From Octopus vulgaris (Eukaryota), in assembly GCA_951406725.2 (NCBI GenBank), contig OX597839.1:23064001-23128000 (forward strand): a stretch of DNA of 64,000 nt, written 5' to 3'. The position numbers were made by a program, and so were the translations under genes. This document shows, one piece after another, positions 25,891-40,643 of the stretch (position 1 is its first letter; each line of letters starts with the position of its first letter). The notes below the pieces were generated by a model. The model worked only from the letters and a program-made list of their open reading frames with translations. It did no database searches and was not told the DNA's origin.

Positions 25891-26855
25891 AAAATCAATA
25901 TTACTATCATCATCATCATCATCATCATTGTTCTGCATTTGCAGGGGCCAAACGTGGGAGCTAAATAACAAAAACCTCAAGTACTGGCCTCTCCTGTTCT
26001 ACCACACAGCAACAAATTCTGTACTTTAACCTTCCTCAATCCTTTTGTCCCTGAACTGCATCCCACTTGTACTCACAACAGACACCCTTGCTTTTCCCCC
26101 AAAAGCACAGACATTTGATCTCAATGTCATTTGCATCATCTAGTCTCAAGAAAAACTGTGGGTTGTCAACATTCCTGTATATTTGCGAGCTTTTCCCTCC
26201 TTTACCTTTTCCTTCTTTGTTCTTTTTCTGTCTTGCAAGTTACATGGTTTCCTCATTGGAGCTGGTGCCACATAAACCACAGCCAGTTACAATCTGTAAA
26301 GTGGTTGGCATTTGGAGGGACATCCAGCCATAGAAACCATGCCAAAGCTGACAGCACTGAATCTCAATGGTTCCCCGTAAAACCAGCCTATTCATGCCAA
26401 CGTGGAAAGCAGAATAACGATGATGATGATGATGATACCAATGATAGTGTGTGTGTGTGTGTAGTTGTGGCAGGGGGTGCTTTCCACACTTGCAAGTTAC
26501 ATGTTAGCCTCAAAAATAGTGAAGCAGAAAACAGCCAGTTTTAATGCTGGCACCATCATTACTGCTGTATTTTTCAGATAACAAGTGGAATTTTGAGGAC
26601 CAAAATCAACGACTAAACAAAAAAAATGTAGGAAGGTTGACTTATAGAAGACTATAAATTATAGAAGACTACTTTGGAAGACCATAAATTCCATGTGAAA
26701 TGCAGCAGGATTTGGAAAGGTAGAGATGGTATTTGCATGGTTACACTACATGTTTACACTAAATACTATGTTGACTTGCATACCAGAAAATATGGTAAAA
26801 CATGCAAAATAAGGTGAGATGGAATTTATAACCAAAAGGGACAGGTCACCTTATA

Positions 26856-27090
26856 CAGTAATCCCTTGACTATTGCAGATGTTACATTCCAAAACTCCCA
26901 AAGAAATAATTAAAATCTAAAAAAGTATAAATACCTATCGGCTGCAGAAACCCGCGATGTACTGAAGAGTTTGCAATATAAATTTACATATGTTAGCCAG
27001 AAAAATCCACAATGTACTGAGTGCACAACAGGTGAAATGTGATGTAGTGAGTGTGTGATAGGTGAACCGCAATATGGCGAGGGAATACCT
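26856..27090. mobile_element. pogo/Tigger-like MITE
   Basis: Starts TA-CAGTAATCCCT; an opposite-orientation copy lies at 61620-61860. Confidence 0.75.
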
Positions 27091-27377
27091 AGATGAATTT
27101 GGAAGGTCAAAAATTCTATATGAAATGCAGCAGGATTTTGGAAGGATAGAAATGGTACTCAAATGTTTACACTCCATGTTTTCACAATATATAACATTGG
27201 TTTGTATGCTGGAAAATACAGTAAAACAAGCACAAAATAAGGTGGCACATTTATTGCCAAAAAAAGGCAGGTCAACTTATACTCCTAGAGAACTTTGGAA
27301 GACAAAACATTCCATGTGAAATGATGCAAGATTTGGAAATACAGGAACGTTACGCTACATGTTTCCACAATATATCG

Positions 27378-27762
27378 TGGAGGCGCAATGGCCCAGTGGT
27401 TAGGGCAGCGGACTCGCGGTCATAGGATCACGATTTCGATTCCCAGACCGGGAATGTTTATTGAGTGTTTATTGAGCGAAAACACCTAAAGGCTCCACGA
27501 GGCTCCGGCAGGGGGTGGTGGTGATCCCTGCTGTACTCTTTCACCACAACTTTCTCTCACTCTTACTTCCTGTTTCTGTTGTACCTGTATTTCAAAGGGC
27601 CGGCCTTGTCACTCTCTGTGTCACGCTGAATATCCCCGAGAACTACATTAAGGGTACACGTGTCTGTGGAGTGCTCAGCCACTTACACGTTAATTTCACG
27701 AGCAGGCTGTTCCGTTGATTCGGATCAACCGGAACCCTCGTCGTCGTATCCGACGGAGTGCT
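27378..27762 (+). mobile_element. SINE family C with target-site duplication
   Basis: TSD TCCACAATATAT at 27364-27375 and 27767-27778. Confidence 0.95.
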
Positions 27763-28679
27763 TCCATCCACAATATATAACATTGATCCATATGCTTCTA
27801 GCAAACAGTATTATTGTTGTGCAATTGCGATATAAAATGAATAAGACAAAACGTAGTCATTGATAATTCAAGCGTCTAAAACCGCTGTCTACTATTTTGG
27901 CATCCAAATGCCAAGGAGTCTCATCATTATTTCTATTTATTCAAACATTATTTGGTAATTTTGCCAATAAAATCTAAAAAGGTCCAAGGTAATAGTTTAT
28001 GCAGTTAAATAATTGAAAATAAAAGGTTTTCCTATGAAAAGTCTGCCTTTCATATGTAAATTGACAATTGTTGGAGTAATAATTTGTCAGGTATATTAGA
28101 ATTTTCCATTTAGCAACACATTAAGTGTGAGGTGGGTGCATTTTGGGGTTTGCATGCAAATTTAACAAAGATTTTTATTTGCGTTTCAGTTGGAAATTTT
28201 TTTTTTTTAGAAAAAAGAAGACAAAGAAATTGAACTGAATAAAGAAATACTTGAAAGAGGGATCAGTTGGGGGTGGGGGGCGTGAATGGAGAGGGAACAA
28301 ATTAGGAGAGTGATGACTGACTGACTGACGGTGGGAAGTGGAGAGAATATGGGAGAGAGAGGAGAGCGGGAGGAGAAGGGGAGTGAGGGGGGAGAGAGAG
28401 AAGAGAGCAAGATTGGGTGAACAAATACAAAAAGAATGAGAAGTAGGGAGAGGAAATGAGGAAGGGGCAAAGAATGCAGGAGAGGGGGTAGAGGAGAGGT
28501 TCGATGGAGGGGGTAGAGGAGAGGTTTGATGGAGGGGGGAAAGGGTTTAGAATAGAATCAAGATGAAGGTTTAAATTGCCAAACAATATAAATTAAGAAT
28601 GAAAAAAAAACAAAAGGAGAATTAAAGCTTTTGCTTTGTTTTAGGAGATGACTATTAACGATGTTTATTAATTACAGTA

Positions 28680-28845
28680 ATAGGCATAGGCATGGCTGTG
28701 TGGTAAGAAGCTTGTTTTCCAACCACATGGTTTTGGGTTCAGTCCTACTGCATGGCACCTTGGACAAATGTCTTCAACTACAGCCTTGGGCTGACCAAAG
28801 CCTTGTGAGTGGATTTGGTAGATGGAAACTGAAAGAAGCCCATTG

Positions 28846-28890
<45 letters not shown>

Positions 28891-29090
28891 GTGTGTCAAT
28901 GTTTGTCCTCCTCACCACTGCTTGACAACCGGTGTTAGTTTGTTTATGTCTCTGTAACTTAGCGGTTCGGCAAAAGAGAATTATAAAATAAGTATCATGC
29001 TTGAAAAAGATAATAAGCACTGGGGATGATACATTTGACTAAAATTCTTCAAGGCTGTGCTCCAGTATGGCTGTGACAAATAAAAAGGAA
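28680..29090 (+). mobile_element. SINE family A
   Basis: Match to family A. Confidence 0.9.
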
Positions 29091-29676
29091 AAGATAAAGA
29101 TAATAAAGGTAATGACGAAAGCAAAGATCTTAATTAAGCATTGACACAAAAATCTGAAATGATGTAAAAGATAGAATTCTAAAGGAATTCTATAATGGGT
29201 TCAGCTCTTTTGGTTTTATCAGGGGTAGTTATTTGGACAAGAATGGCCAGGCATTGGTACATACACTGGACTGTTGCTCTGGATTTCTCCAGGTCTAATG
29301 TGTTGTGAGGTGTGTATCTGTTGTGATCCCAGCTCAGGGCTTTCTGTGGAACAAACTGTAGATTCTTGAGCAAAACACTTCAGTTTGCTGTGGCTCCAGT
29401 CCACTCCCATTTCAGTGAGTCACCCTGCGATGGACTGGCTTTCCAATGAGAGGAGAATGTTGGCCTGGTTACCCAGCCAATGGGGTCAAGCACACTGTGA
29501 CCTACATACTCATACACACACACATGCTTGTATGCACACACACACGGCACATACACACACATGGGTGAAACAGAATATATATTTTCTTTCACTCACTTTT
29601 AGACATTAAACATAATGGACACTCAGACTCCCCACTTAGAGTTCCTAGGATTTTTCTCATCCTCAGGAAAATATAT

Positions 29677-30005
29677 CATCATCATGATTATCACTTAACG
29701 TCTGCTTTCCATGCTGGCATGGGTTGGACTGTTTGATTGGGGCTGGTGAGCTGGAAGGCTGCACCAGACCCCGAGTCTGATTTGGCATGGTTTTCTATGG
29801 CTGGATGCCCTTCCTAACACCAAACCTTTTGAGAGTGTAGTGGGCACTTTTTATGTGCCACCGGCACAGGAGCCAGTCAGGCGGCACTGGCATCAACTAT
29901 ACTTGAATGGTGCTTTTTACGTACCACCAGCATGGGAGCCAGTTAGGTGGCACTGGTGCTGGCCACGGCTACAATCTCACTTGGCTTGCTGGGTCTTCTC
30001 AAGCA
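29677..30005 (-). mobile_element. short retroposon family D
   Basis: GCTGGATGCCCTTCC motif and (CAT)n start. Confidence 0.85.
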
Positions 30006-30202
30006 CACACACACACGATGGGCCTGTGTGCTATGACCATTTACCAAATGACTTGAGGTTGCAGTCAAAGGCACAGAATGGGACCACACCCAGAATCAGA
30101 TGGTTGAGAAGCCAACTACTGTATCCATGCAGCCAGAGTCTGAGGAGAAGATAAAGCAACCAGATGGTTGTGTGTTGGAGATGTGGAGGCACCGAGATTC
30201 CG

Positions 30203-30610
30203 GTGTAGGAGTGGCTGCGTGGTAAGTAGCTTGCTTACGAACCACATGGTTCCGGGTTCAGTCCCACGGCGTGGCACCTTGGGCAAGTGTCTTATACTAT
30301 AGCCTCGGGCCGACCAAAGCCTTGTGAGTGGATTTGGTAGACGGAAACTGAAAGAAGCCCATCATATATATGTATGTATGTATATATATATATACACACA
30401 CACACACATATATATTTTTGTGTGTCTGTGTTTCTCCCCACAACATCGCTTAACAACCGATGCTGGTTTGTTTACGTCCCCATAACTTAGCGGTTTGGCA
30501 AAAGAGTAAGTACTAGGCTTACAAAGAATAAGTCCTGGGGTCGATTGGATCGACTAAAAGGCGGTGCTCCAGTATGGCCGCAGTCAAATGACTGAAACAA
30601 ATAAAAGAAG
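30203..30610 (+). mobile_element. SINE family A, full length
   Basis: Match to family A. Confidence 0.92.
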
Positions 30611-30954
30611 AAAAGAAAAGAAGAAAAAGTGTCACAAGACACACTAATCACTAGAAAACATCAGATGTCATCAAGAGAAGAGAGAGAGAGAGAGAGAGAG
30701 AGATGCTGTTGTCTGTTGGAAGTAATTAATTTTGTCATTAGCATTGGTTCATTGTTCATTTTGTTTAATTACACACCTCAGAAGTCATTTATTGATTCTG
30801 TAATCCACTTATATTCTATACAACAATTACAACAACATTGAAAGGTTGAGATTAACTTTGAGGAAACGTGGGTTGTCGTTTCTTTTACTGGAATGATCTG
30901 GAGGAAGGGACAATGCCCATAGCTTTCACAGATTGTTGAGATTTATGCGATTAA

Positions 30955-31175
30955 CCCTTTTGTTACCAACCCGGCTGAAACCGGCTCTGGCTCTGTAGTA
31001 CAAATGTCATGTTTTCATAAGTTTTGAATTAAAATCTTCCAGCAAACATTAGTGCCACTTTATGTTCCTAACACTAGCTGAATGATAACGAAGTTATTTT
31101 ACTAAATTATTTGTTGTATTTAAAGTAATTGAAAGAAACACAGAGCATCCCAAAATAAATACAGTAACGAAAGGG
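30955..31175. mobile_element. piggyBac-type MITE
   Basis: TTAA-CCCTTTTGTTAC ... GTAACGAAAGGG-TTAA. Confidence 0.88.
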
Positions 31176-31309
31176 TTAAATATGCCTACAATATGCCTTG
31201 ATGGAGGGCAGAGAACCCACCCTACCAACCGAACCTAGCAGAGACTAACCACACCGTTTTTAACCATTTACCATTCAGGTTCCTCTGCCAAATGTAATGC
31301 TTATTCAGT

Positions 31310-31969
31310 CTTTTATTCTTGTACTTGTTTCAGTCATTTGACTGCGGCCATGCTGGAGCATCACCTTGAAGGGTGTTTTAGTGGAAGAAATCGATCCCAC
31401 GATTTATTATTTGTAAGCCTAGTACTTATTTCTATCAGTCTTTTTTGCTGAACCGCTAAGTTACAGGGACGTAAACACACCAACATCGGTTGTCAAACGA
31501 TGGTGTGAGGACAAACACAGACACACACACACACACATATATATAATATATACGTGGAGTGGCTGTGTGGTAAGTAGCTTGCTTACCAGCCACATGGTTC
31601 TGGGTTCAGTCCCACTGCATGGCATCTTGGGCAAGTGTCTTCTGCTATAGCCCCGGGCCTACCAATGCCTTGTGAGTGGATTTGGTAGACGGAAACTGAA
31701 AGAAGCCTGTCGTATATATGTATATATGTGTGTTTATGTGTTTGTGTGTCTGTGTTTGTCCCCCTAGCATTGCTTGACAACCGATGCTGGTGTGTTTACG
31801 TCGCCGTCACTTAGCGGTTCAGCAAAAGAGACCGACAGAATAAGTACTGGGCTTACAAAGAATAAGTCCCGGGGTCGATTTGCTCGACTAGAGGCGGTGC
31901 TTCAGCATGGCTGCAGTCAAATGACTGAAACAAGTAAAAGAGTAAGAGAGTAAAGAGTATATATATATA

Positions 31970-32000
<31 letters not shown>

Positions 32001-32115
32001 ATATATGACAGGCTTCTTTCAGTTTCCGTCTACCAATTCCACTCACAAGACACTTGCCCAATGTGCCATGCAGTGGGACTGAACCAAGAACCATGTTGTT
32101 GGGAAGCAAGCTTCT
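31310..32115. mobile_element. nested SINE family A: a plus copy (31555-31945) inside a minus copy
   Basis: Minus-strand 3' half at 31310-31530 and 5' half at 32008-32115 flank the plus-strand copy. Confidence 0.85.
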
Positions 32116-33374
32116 TATTTATTCACACTGTTTTGAATTAATCAAGCATTATCTTATAGCTTCAAGATTTTAATGATGTGATGATTGGTTTGTAAAATGG
32201 CATTGTAGTGTAGGTGTGAGAGGCTGGATCTGGCCAGTTAGAACATAAGACAGGAAGACTAAGTTGGCTAAAATGTTGAAGTGGTCTAACTTAAAAGTGC
32301 TGTCTTTTGCAACATCATGTGACTAGAGTTCCAAACATCGGTTTAATAATGACAAAATTATTTTATTAAATTCTTCATTATTTAAAAAAATTTTTGCAGA
32401 GTATTTCAAGAAAGATCTGGTAACAAAAGCATGAAAGACATCAACCAGCATCTTGTTGGAAGTGAACTGTTTGAAAAGAGGCAAAACAGACATCGATGTG
32501 AGCTCCTAAACTCTGAGAACAGTTTCTCATTTGCACTTTTGAATTATTGGTATTTCTATTGATTTATTGACAAAATTTATTGAATATTTTATAAACAATA
32601 ATGCCATTAGATGTTTCTAATGGCTTCATCAATAGTTCACAATATTTGCTGTACAGAGAATGACAAGAGGTGAATCTGTGTAACTAGGGATGAACAAATA
32701 CCCCAAGGGACTTTGATTTATGCCTTAATTTATTGATTTTCCCTACAAATGTTTGCATCTTTCATAAATACACATTACTGAAAGATGCAGACATGTGCAC
32801 ATATAAACACACCTATTTATTTGCATACATCTATGATGGGCTTCTGCACAGTTTCCGTCTGCTGAATTTCCCTCATAAGTTATTCCCCAGCCCCAAGCTG
32901 TGGAAGAAGACACTGGCCCAAGGTTCCTTGCAGTGGAATCAAACCAAATAAAACATGGTGGCAGAACAAATAATCACTACATGATTATGCCAAAACCTGC
33001 TTGAAGAACTTTCAAACATATTGATGTAAAGCGGTCTTTTGATGATGGTTGTTGCTCTGACAGATATTGTTATATCCCAAGTCATCAATAGAATGGTTCT
33101 ATCTGGCACTGTACCACTCCCAGTCGTACAGTGCTATTAGCCTCAAAAGGTCAGATTGTTATAACGTCCACTCAGCATCACAGTATAATTACTATATCAG
33201 CACAGACACGACTATCAACACGTACTCTCAACCTTCTCTTGACAACCAGCTACTTGTCTATTTGTGATGGCTGACTCCTACCACTTTTCACCAGGAGAGC
33301 TGTACAGTTTTACTACACAACACCAAGAAAGAAGATACTATCTCAGTGTGTTGTTGCTGATGATAAAGGACCTA

Positions 33375-33535
33375 ATTCTTTTCTACTTTAGGCACACGGC
33401 CCAAAATTTTGTGGGGAGGGGGCCAGTCGACTTGCTGACCCCAGTACGTAACTAGTACTTGATTTATCAACCCTGAAAAGATGAAAGGCAAAGTTGACCT
33501 CAGAGGAATTTGAACTCAGAACGTAAGGACCAACG
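33375..33535 (-). mobile_element. SINE family B
   Basis: Reverse-complement match to family B. Confidence 0.85.
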
Positions 33536-34124
33536 AAACAAAGGACATAATTAAGCTTCCAATGAGTGTTTTATCATTACTACTGCCCTCATTTATCTCG
33601 TTAGTCTTTTAATCAAATGAATCAGAGAAATCAGTTTTGAAGGCTGGAATAATAATTAATATAAACCCTAATTATTAAGCACAGTTGCTTGGTTTCAAAG
33701 TTTTCTTAGCAACTCCGTAGGTTTGGGGTTCAGTTCTATTGCATGGCACCCAGCACAAACATGTTTTATTTTAGCCTCAGGCAGGCCAAAGCCTTGTAAG
33801 TAGATTTGGTAGATGGAAACTGAAAGAAGCCTATAGTGTGTGTGTGTGCATGTCCTTCTCTTGACATCAGGCACTAATTGTAAATGAATGTCACCATCCT
33901 ACAAGCGATGTCATTTGTTTTGCGTCTTCTGTGGAAACATGTCTGACCATTTGTGTTGTTTCTGTTCTTCCCAGAAAGTCAACTCTTTGGGGATTCCCCT
34001 TTGGACATGTGTATTCTTCAGTCACCAGGTCAAAATAGTTTAAGACGAACATTTGCACAAACCTCCACCCCCACTGCTTTTAGAGGCCATGCGACAGTTC
34101 TTTCTGCCAAACCAAACTATTCAT

Positions 34125-34545
34125 CATCATCATTTACCATCTATTTCCCATGCTGGGAAATGGATGTTTTGACAAGAGCTGGTAAAGCCAAGGGCCACAC
34201 GGGGTACCAAAGTCTATTTTAGCTTTGTTTCTGCAGCTGGATGTCCTTCCGAACACCAAACACTTTACAGAGTGTACTAGGTGCTTTTGACATGGCACCA
34301 GCACAGGTGGGTTTTACATGGCACCAGCACAGGTGCCCCTTACAAAGAACGAGCACAGGTGGTTTTTACAAGGAGCCAACACAAGCATATTTAAAGTGAC
34401 ACCAGCATAGGTGCTTTTTATGTGGCATCAGCATAGGTGCCCCTTTTCAAGGAACCAGCACAGGTGCACTTTATATGGCACCAGGACAGTTGCTCTTTCC
34501 ATGGCATCACCAATGGCACCGGTGCTTTTTATGCAGCACCAGATA
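34125..34545 (-). mobile_element. diverged family D retroposon with short tandem units
   Basis: GCTGGATGTCCTTCC motif; repeated GGCACCAGCACAGGTG. Confidence 0.7.
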
Positions 34546-34734
34546 AAGTTGAGTTTGTTGCTACATCGAGGCAGGATAGATGGTTCTAGAATATCTCTAC
34601 CCACCGACACCAACTCTTCAGCCGAACAAATATATCGGCGGGGTGAAGGATGGGGTTAGATTCAACAGTATGAATGGATAAGAGGAGATATATTTGGGCA
34701 TCAGCAACACTTGAAAACAGCAACAACAACAATA

Positions 34735-34774
<40 letters not shown>

Positions 34775-34834
34775 GTCAACAAAAAGAAAAACTAAATAGA
34801 TGAAGAGACCAGTGAAATGTTGATTTCCTGTTGA

Positions 34835-34875
34835 GGAAGTGACGTCTGCAGAGGAACCAAGATGTCGCTATATAA
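34835..34875 (+). promoter_or_regulatory. candidate promoter: ETS-CRE composite plus TATA-like box
   Basis: GGAAGTGACGTC at 34835-34846 and TATATAA at 34869-34875 in non-repetitive sequence; motif match only. Confidence 0.25.
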
Positions 34876-35137
34876 TCTGAGGGATAAATAAATGGTTGGT
34901 GGAGCAACATCTAAGACAGCACAGTTCTGCCTTGTATTTCTCATGCCCTGATGGAGAGACAAGCATCTCACAGAGATGTGTATCTTAGATACGTAACTTA
35001 ATACATATAAAGAGGGTGGCAGTGGTGGTGGCAACAGTGGTGGTGGTGGTGGTGGTGAAGCGATGTGGGTGTAATTGTTGACATGTGATTGCGTGAGGGA
35101 CTAAGAAATAATGAAACACACCGAGAGATAGATAGAC

Positions 35138-35201
<64 letters not shown>

Positions 35202-36174
35202 TTATTCATAAACAAACTCAAATCTGAGATGAATATTAAAGATTGTCGGACAAAGACTGTCAGAGGGGATGTTAGTTGGAAGGAGAGAAGGAGAGAGATG
35301 CAAACAGGGGCAGGGAGATGGAGATGGAGAGACAGATATGTGGGGCAACAAGGGTGACAAACAAATAGGTGTAGAAAGATGGAGACGGACTTCAGTTAGT
35401 GAGACTGACAGATTGAGAAATTGATAGACATAGATATATGGTAGGGGAGGTGAGGTGGGGATGGGGGGGGTGAGAGATGGAAGGCACAGACACACAGACA
35501 GACAAATATATAGATGGATCGACAAGTAAATGGACCTTCATCAGTGTCAAGAATGAGGATTCAGTTGTTTGATCTCAACTGAATTATCTGCTCTTGAATT
35601 ACCATGTAAGTGGCTGAGTATTCCACAGATATGCATACCCTTTACATAATCCAAGTGTGTGGCAAGGCTGTACCTTTGTACTACATGTACAATCTACCCA
35701 ACAGACTGGTGTTATAACTTACAACAATGATGCAGGGTGAGAAATACCCAGGGGTACCTGCTGCATGGAAAACAAGCAGTAAAGTGGATGTTAACATGCA
35801 TAATGAAGTTGACCATAAAATTTTAATAAAATGTATTTTGCTACTTTTCATGAGCAGAATTAATGACTGTCAGTCTGATGTAGGGGATGTGACTGTTTAT
35901 ATTGGAGAGTCTGGCATAGGTGGGGAGGTCACTGGTGCTGGAAAGCCGAGAGCAGGTGGAGGTTGTTTACACTGATTGAGCATTTGTTTTGTATTTTGCT
36001 TTTTTGACAACTTTATCCACTTTTCAGGGCAATTTCCTTGCTATTTCTAGCATGTCTACTGATTACAAATAGGGTCCATGGTAGTTTGTATTTATGTTCG
36101 TTAATGAGTGTAGAGAAAAACAAGACATTAAACGAGAATGGTTGCCCCACACCATCTCTTTCTCCCTCTCTCTT

Positions 36175-36208
<34 letters not shown>

Positions 36209-37019
36209 TCTGTCTTGTTCCAGTCCCAACCCCAGAACTTACTTATCAGTTACTTATTGATCTATTTATAACTCTGATATTTATTGATCTATTCTCTATA
36301 TGGCTAAAGTACAGGAAATAACAAAAGATATCACTTCTTTTAATGTAAAGACACACATAAACACACACACACACACAGACAGACACACACACACGCATGC
36401 ACACAAGGCAAGCTTCCACAATATTTTTGGTAAGTGATTTCACTCAGAAGGCGTTGGTTTGCCATCAAGACTACAATAGAAGACACTTGCCCACGGTGCC
36501 ATGCAACAGGACTGAACCGACACTCTAAATGGTTGCAAAGCAAATTTCTTCAACCAAATAGCCATGCCATGAGCAGACTTCCAAAGACAGCCAAAACAGA
36601 AATACAATTATTGCGTGAAACTAAAGAAAGAACATTTACCGATAACAACCAGTTACTTTTAGATGATAAATAAAATGATATCCAGCATAGAATCCAGATT
36701 CTTTTTACAAGGAAAAAAGAAAATATGATAGAATTCCTGGTTATTATTTCAAAATAGTTGTGTTGACTGCTGCTTCGAAGCACTTCCTGCAATGTTAACA
36801 GAGCTTAGAATATGTCTAGAGATTGGCAGCGCTGAGAGTGTTTCAGCAGAAAAATATTAACAATGGAATTGCCAGTTGAAACGAAAAATATAACATTAAG
36901 TGGTGATTTTTTTCTTTTTTTCTTTTTTTTTTGCATGCATAAAAATGCACAATGGTGGAAATATGTTTCAACTCTATCTTCTCTCTCTGTCTATATATAT
37001 CATCATCATCATCATGTGT

Positions 37020-37169
37020 GTGTGTATAAACATACATACATATATATACATATATATATATACACACACACATACATATATATATACATATATATACATA
37101 TATACATACATATATATATATATATATATACATATATACATACATATATATATATATATATATACATAT

Positions 37170-37224
<55 letters not shown>

Positions 37225-37379
37225 TACATACATATATACATACATATATATATATATATATACATATATATATACATATATACATACATATATATATATA
37301 TATATACATATATACATACATATATATATATATATACATATATACATACATATATATATATATATACATATATACATAC

Positions 37380-37427
<48 letters not shown>

Positions 37428-37440
37428 CACACACATGTAT
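37020..37440. repeat. (TA)n/(TACA)n microsatellite
   Basis: Direct reading. Confidence 0.95.
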
Positions 37441-37548
37441 AGACAAACACATATACACACAGAAACACATAATATTATCCTCATCAGTTATGTATAGTAT
37501 GTATGCATATATTATCCTTATCAGGTATATGTAATTGTGTGTGTGTGT

Positions 37549-37624
<76 letters not shown>

Positions 37625-38537
37625 ATGTTTATACACACACACACACAGACATATATAAATGAATATTTACTAATGTCAGCACAGAACATATAAGGAAACT
37701 CGATTCTGATAGTTTGCTTACCAACAAACAGAACATACAATAACGGTGTGGCGCCACCTGATTATTTATATTCTGCAATCATTGTTTGTTTACTCTAAAA
37801 AACAAAGAAACATGTCCAATGAAAGGAGCCTCTACGTGGTTCCTCAACCTGCTAGAAATAGCATTTAAATCCCTCTTAAAACACATCATCTACCATCTGG
37901 AAAAGAAAAATGCAAGAATGCACCAAATAACACACTCCGAGATACACTATTCCTGAAAACAGCATGGAGTAGTCCTCGCCTAGCTAGAATAACATTGATC
38001 ATATGACTGTTCCCTTAGGTCATACCTGGGGTTAAACAACAATAACAACAACCTACTATAAGGATTTGATACCAAATGAACCCCTAATTGCTGAACACAT
38101 TATAATCAACATCTTTTCCCTATCCACCTTGACTATGCTCCACTGGACTATCAACCGTCAAGCGTTACCCCTGTCCCAACCCTCACCCCAGGGTGGTCGC
38201 TGTCAACCTCATTTATGTGAGTGTCTGCCCAAGAGTCTCATCTGTTCCTCAGTAATGTAATGATCAGACATACCAGTGTTTTCAGTGGGGAAATCAAGTC
38301 AGAGTTTTTGATTTTTAAATAATTTTTCTTATGGCAGAACCTGTGAGTCACATCATCCTTGCTTACAGGATTCTGTTGGACCAAACATTAGTTCATAATA
38401 TTCCTGACAGCAACACCTATTATTAGAAGAGCCAGTTGACCCAAGAAAAACAATTATCAACAACGGACCTCATTAAAAAAACCCTACCTTTTTTTGTTTC
38501 TTTTTGCAGAACTTGCTATGCTGTTGTATACATATAC

Positions 38538-38825
38538 ATCATCATCATCATCATTTAACACATCATCAGACTCCAATCTGATTTGGCAAGGTTTCTACGG
38601 TTTGATGCCCTTCCTAACGCCAACCACTCTGAGAGTGTAGTGAGTGCTTTTACATGCCACTGGCACGGGTGCCATTTGTATGACATCAGTATCTGCCACG
38701 TCTGCACTTTTGCTTGGCTTGATGGGTCTTCTTCTCAAGCACGACATGATGCCAAAGGTCTTGGTCATTGCCTCCATGAGGCCCAATCCTCATAAGGAAC
38801 TCAGCCACTTTGCCTCTGTGAGGCC
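38538..38825 (-). mobile_element. family D retroposon fragment
   Basis: GATGCCCTTCCTAACGCCAACCACTC motif. Confidence 0.8.
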
Positions 38826-40597
38826 CATACAATGGTATAACAGATTCATAGACAGTTTCTGTCGAACAAATTCCACTCAAAGCTGTTCAGTCAATGCAAG
38901 GCCATTGTAGAAAACACTTGAACCAAGGACTGAACCAAGGGGCTGCATGTTCGCAAGGTGAACTTTTGAACTACAACCCATACTCATGCCCCTAAACCCA
39001 CTTCAGGTCTTAATGATTGTAGACAGGACTAACGGTTAGTGACTAATGAGTAAGATGTGAACTGGAATGAACTGGAATGAATTGTGGAGAGAATAACCAC
39101 ACATCATAACGGTAATGTTGTTTCTAGAGTACCAAATGTGGTGGTGGTGGTGGTGGTGGTGGTAGTACTTGTGGTTGTTATTGTCGTTGTGGTAGTAGCT
39201 ATACTGATGACAATGCTGAGAGGCAGTACTTGTGGGTATTGTTGCCGTTGTGATATCAGGGGTGGTAGTAGCTGTTGTAGTGCTGGTGGTGGGGGTGTTG
39301 GTGGTTGGGGTGATAGTGATACTAGTGTGGGAGGGTGGTAGCAGTACTTGTGGTGGTTGTGGCAGTTGTAGTGGAACTGTGGTTATTGTTGTTGTTGTTG
39401 TTGTGGTGGTGGTGATTGGCAAAAATGGAGAACAATAACGATAATGATCAGAATGCAGATATGGTGGTGAGGGTAGGGGGTGGATAAGAGAACTGGAGAG
39501 GAACAAAAAGTTAATGGAAAATAGTATTGGTGGTGGTAGCAGTGGTGTGGGAGGGGGTCGAAGTCATATTGAGATAATTTTAAGAAGAAAATTTTAAGAA
39601 AAAAAAAATAATAATTTACAAGATATGGAGGAGGGGGGAAAATAAAACAAAACAACAAATAATAATTAAAAACAATTTGAAAATTCTCAATTTCTTTTGT
39701 ATGTTTTTTTTTTTAAAGATGTGACATAAGCAGCAGAGAGTTAATAAAAGAACTGGGGGGGGGGTTAAGGAATCTTACACAATTTGGCTGGGTAGGGGGT
39801 GGGGGGTGGGGGCTCAGGATTTTAAAGAATAAGCAAAACCAGAAGCACAGAAAAAGTTTACAAATGACCCAAAACTGTCAACTAACATTCTTCCAGATCT
39901 ACATGCAAACGAAATTTCCAAAGTAGCCTCCAAGCTTTGTTGGAGTTCATTATTGTTGTTGTTGTTTGTTTGTTTTCTTTTTTTATCTATTTATATTTTT
40001 GTTATATATTTGAAAAGAAACTATTTGCCTAACGATTTAATAAATATTTCAAGTGTTGGAGAAAAGAGCGAATATGTCTGCAGTGAAAAATTAAGTATGA
40101 CAAGGAAATTGCTGTGAAAGTGAAAGTAAAAGTGAAAGTGAAAGTAGAGGGGGGGCACATAGTCAATCAGTGAGTAAATGAATCTAGCAAGCAATTGTAT
40201 TGGATGGCCACTACATTCCACAGCTGGTTCACACATTATGCAGCCTCACAGCCTCTTTCCCCTCGCTTATTCATAGTTTTTCTAATCAATTGTGATCTGT
40301 GAATGCAGTTTATGCTGCCAGTTGGAAAGGCGGCATGGCTTCTAAACAACCTGATGACATCACCAGGAAATTGGCAACAGACATTCTTAACAGTCACAGA
40401 TTCCAGTAAATTATCTTGGAGGAAGGCATTTGAAGAAAAACAAAAATTGCACATGCGCATGAATATATTATCCACATGTCACATAGACACGCACACATTC
40501 CGTGTGTATATGCATGTGTATACAAACATATGTACATATACACATACATATATACATGCATGTGTCATACATATATACATACACATACATATGTGTA

Positions 40598-40643
<46 letters not shown>

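Noticed and set aside
40352-40380. CTGATGA..GAAA
   Set aside because: No stem II and no UH site or stem I
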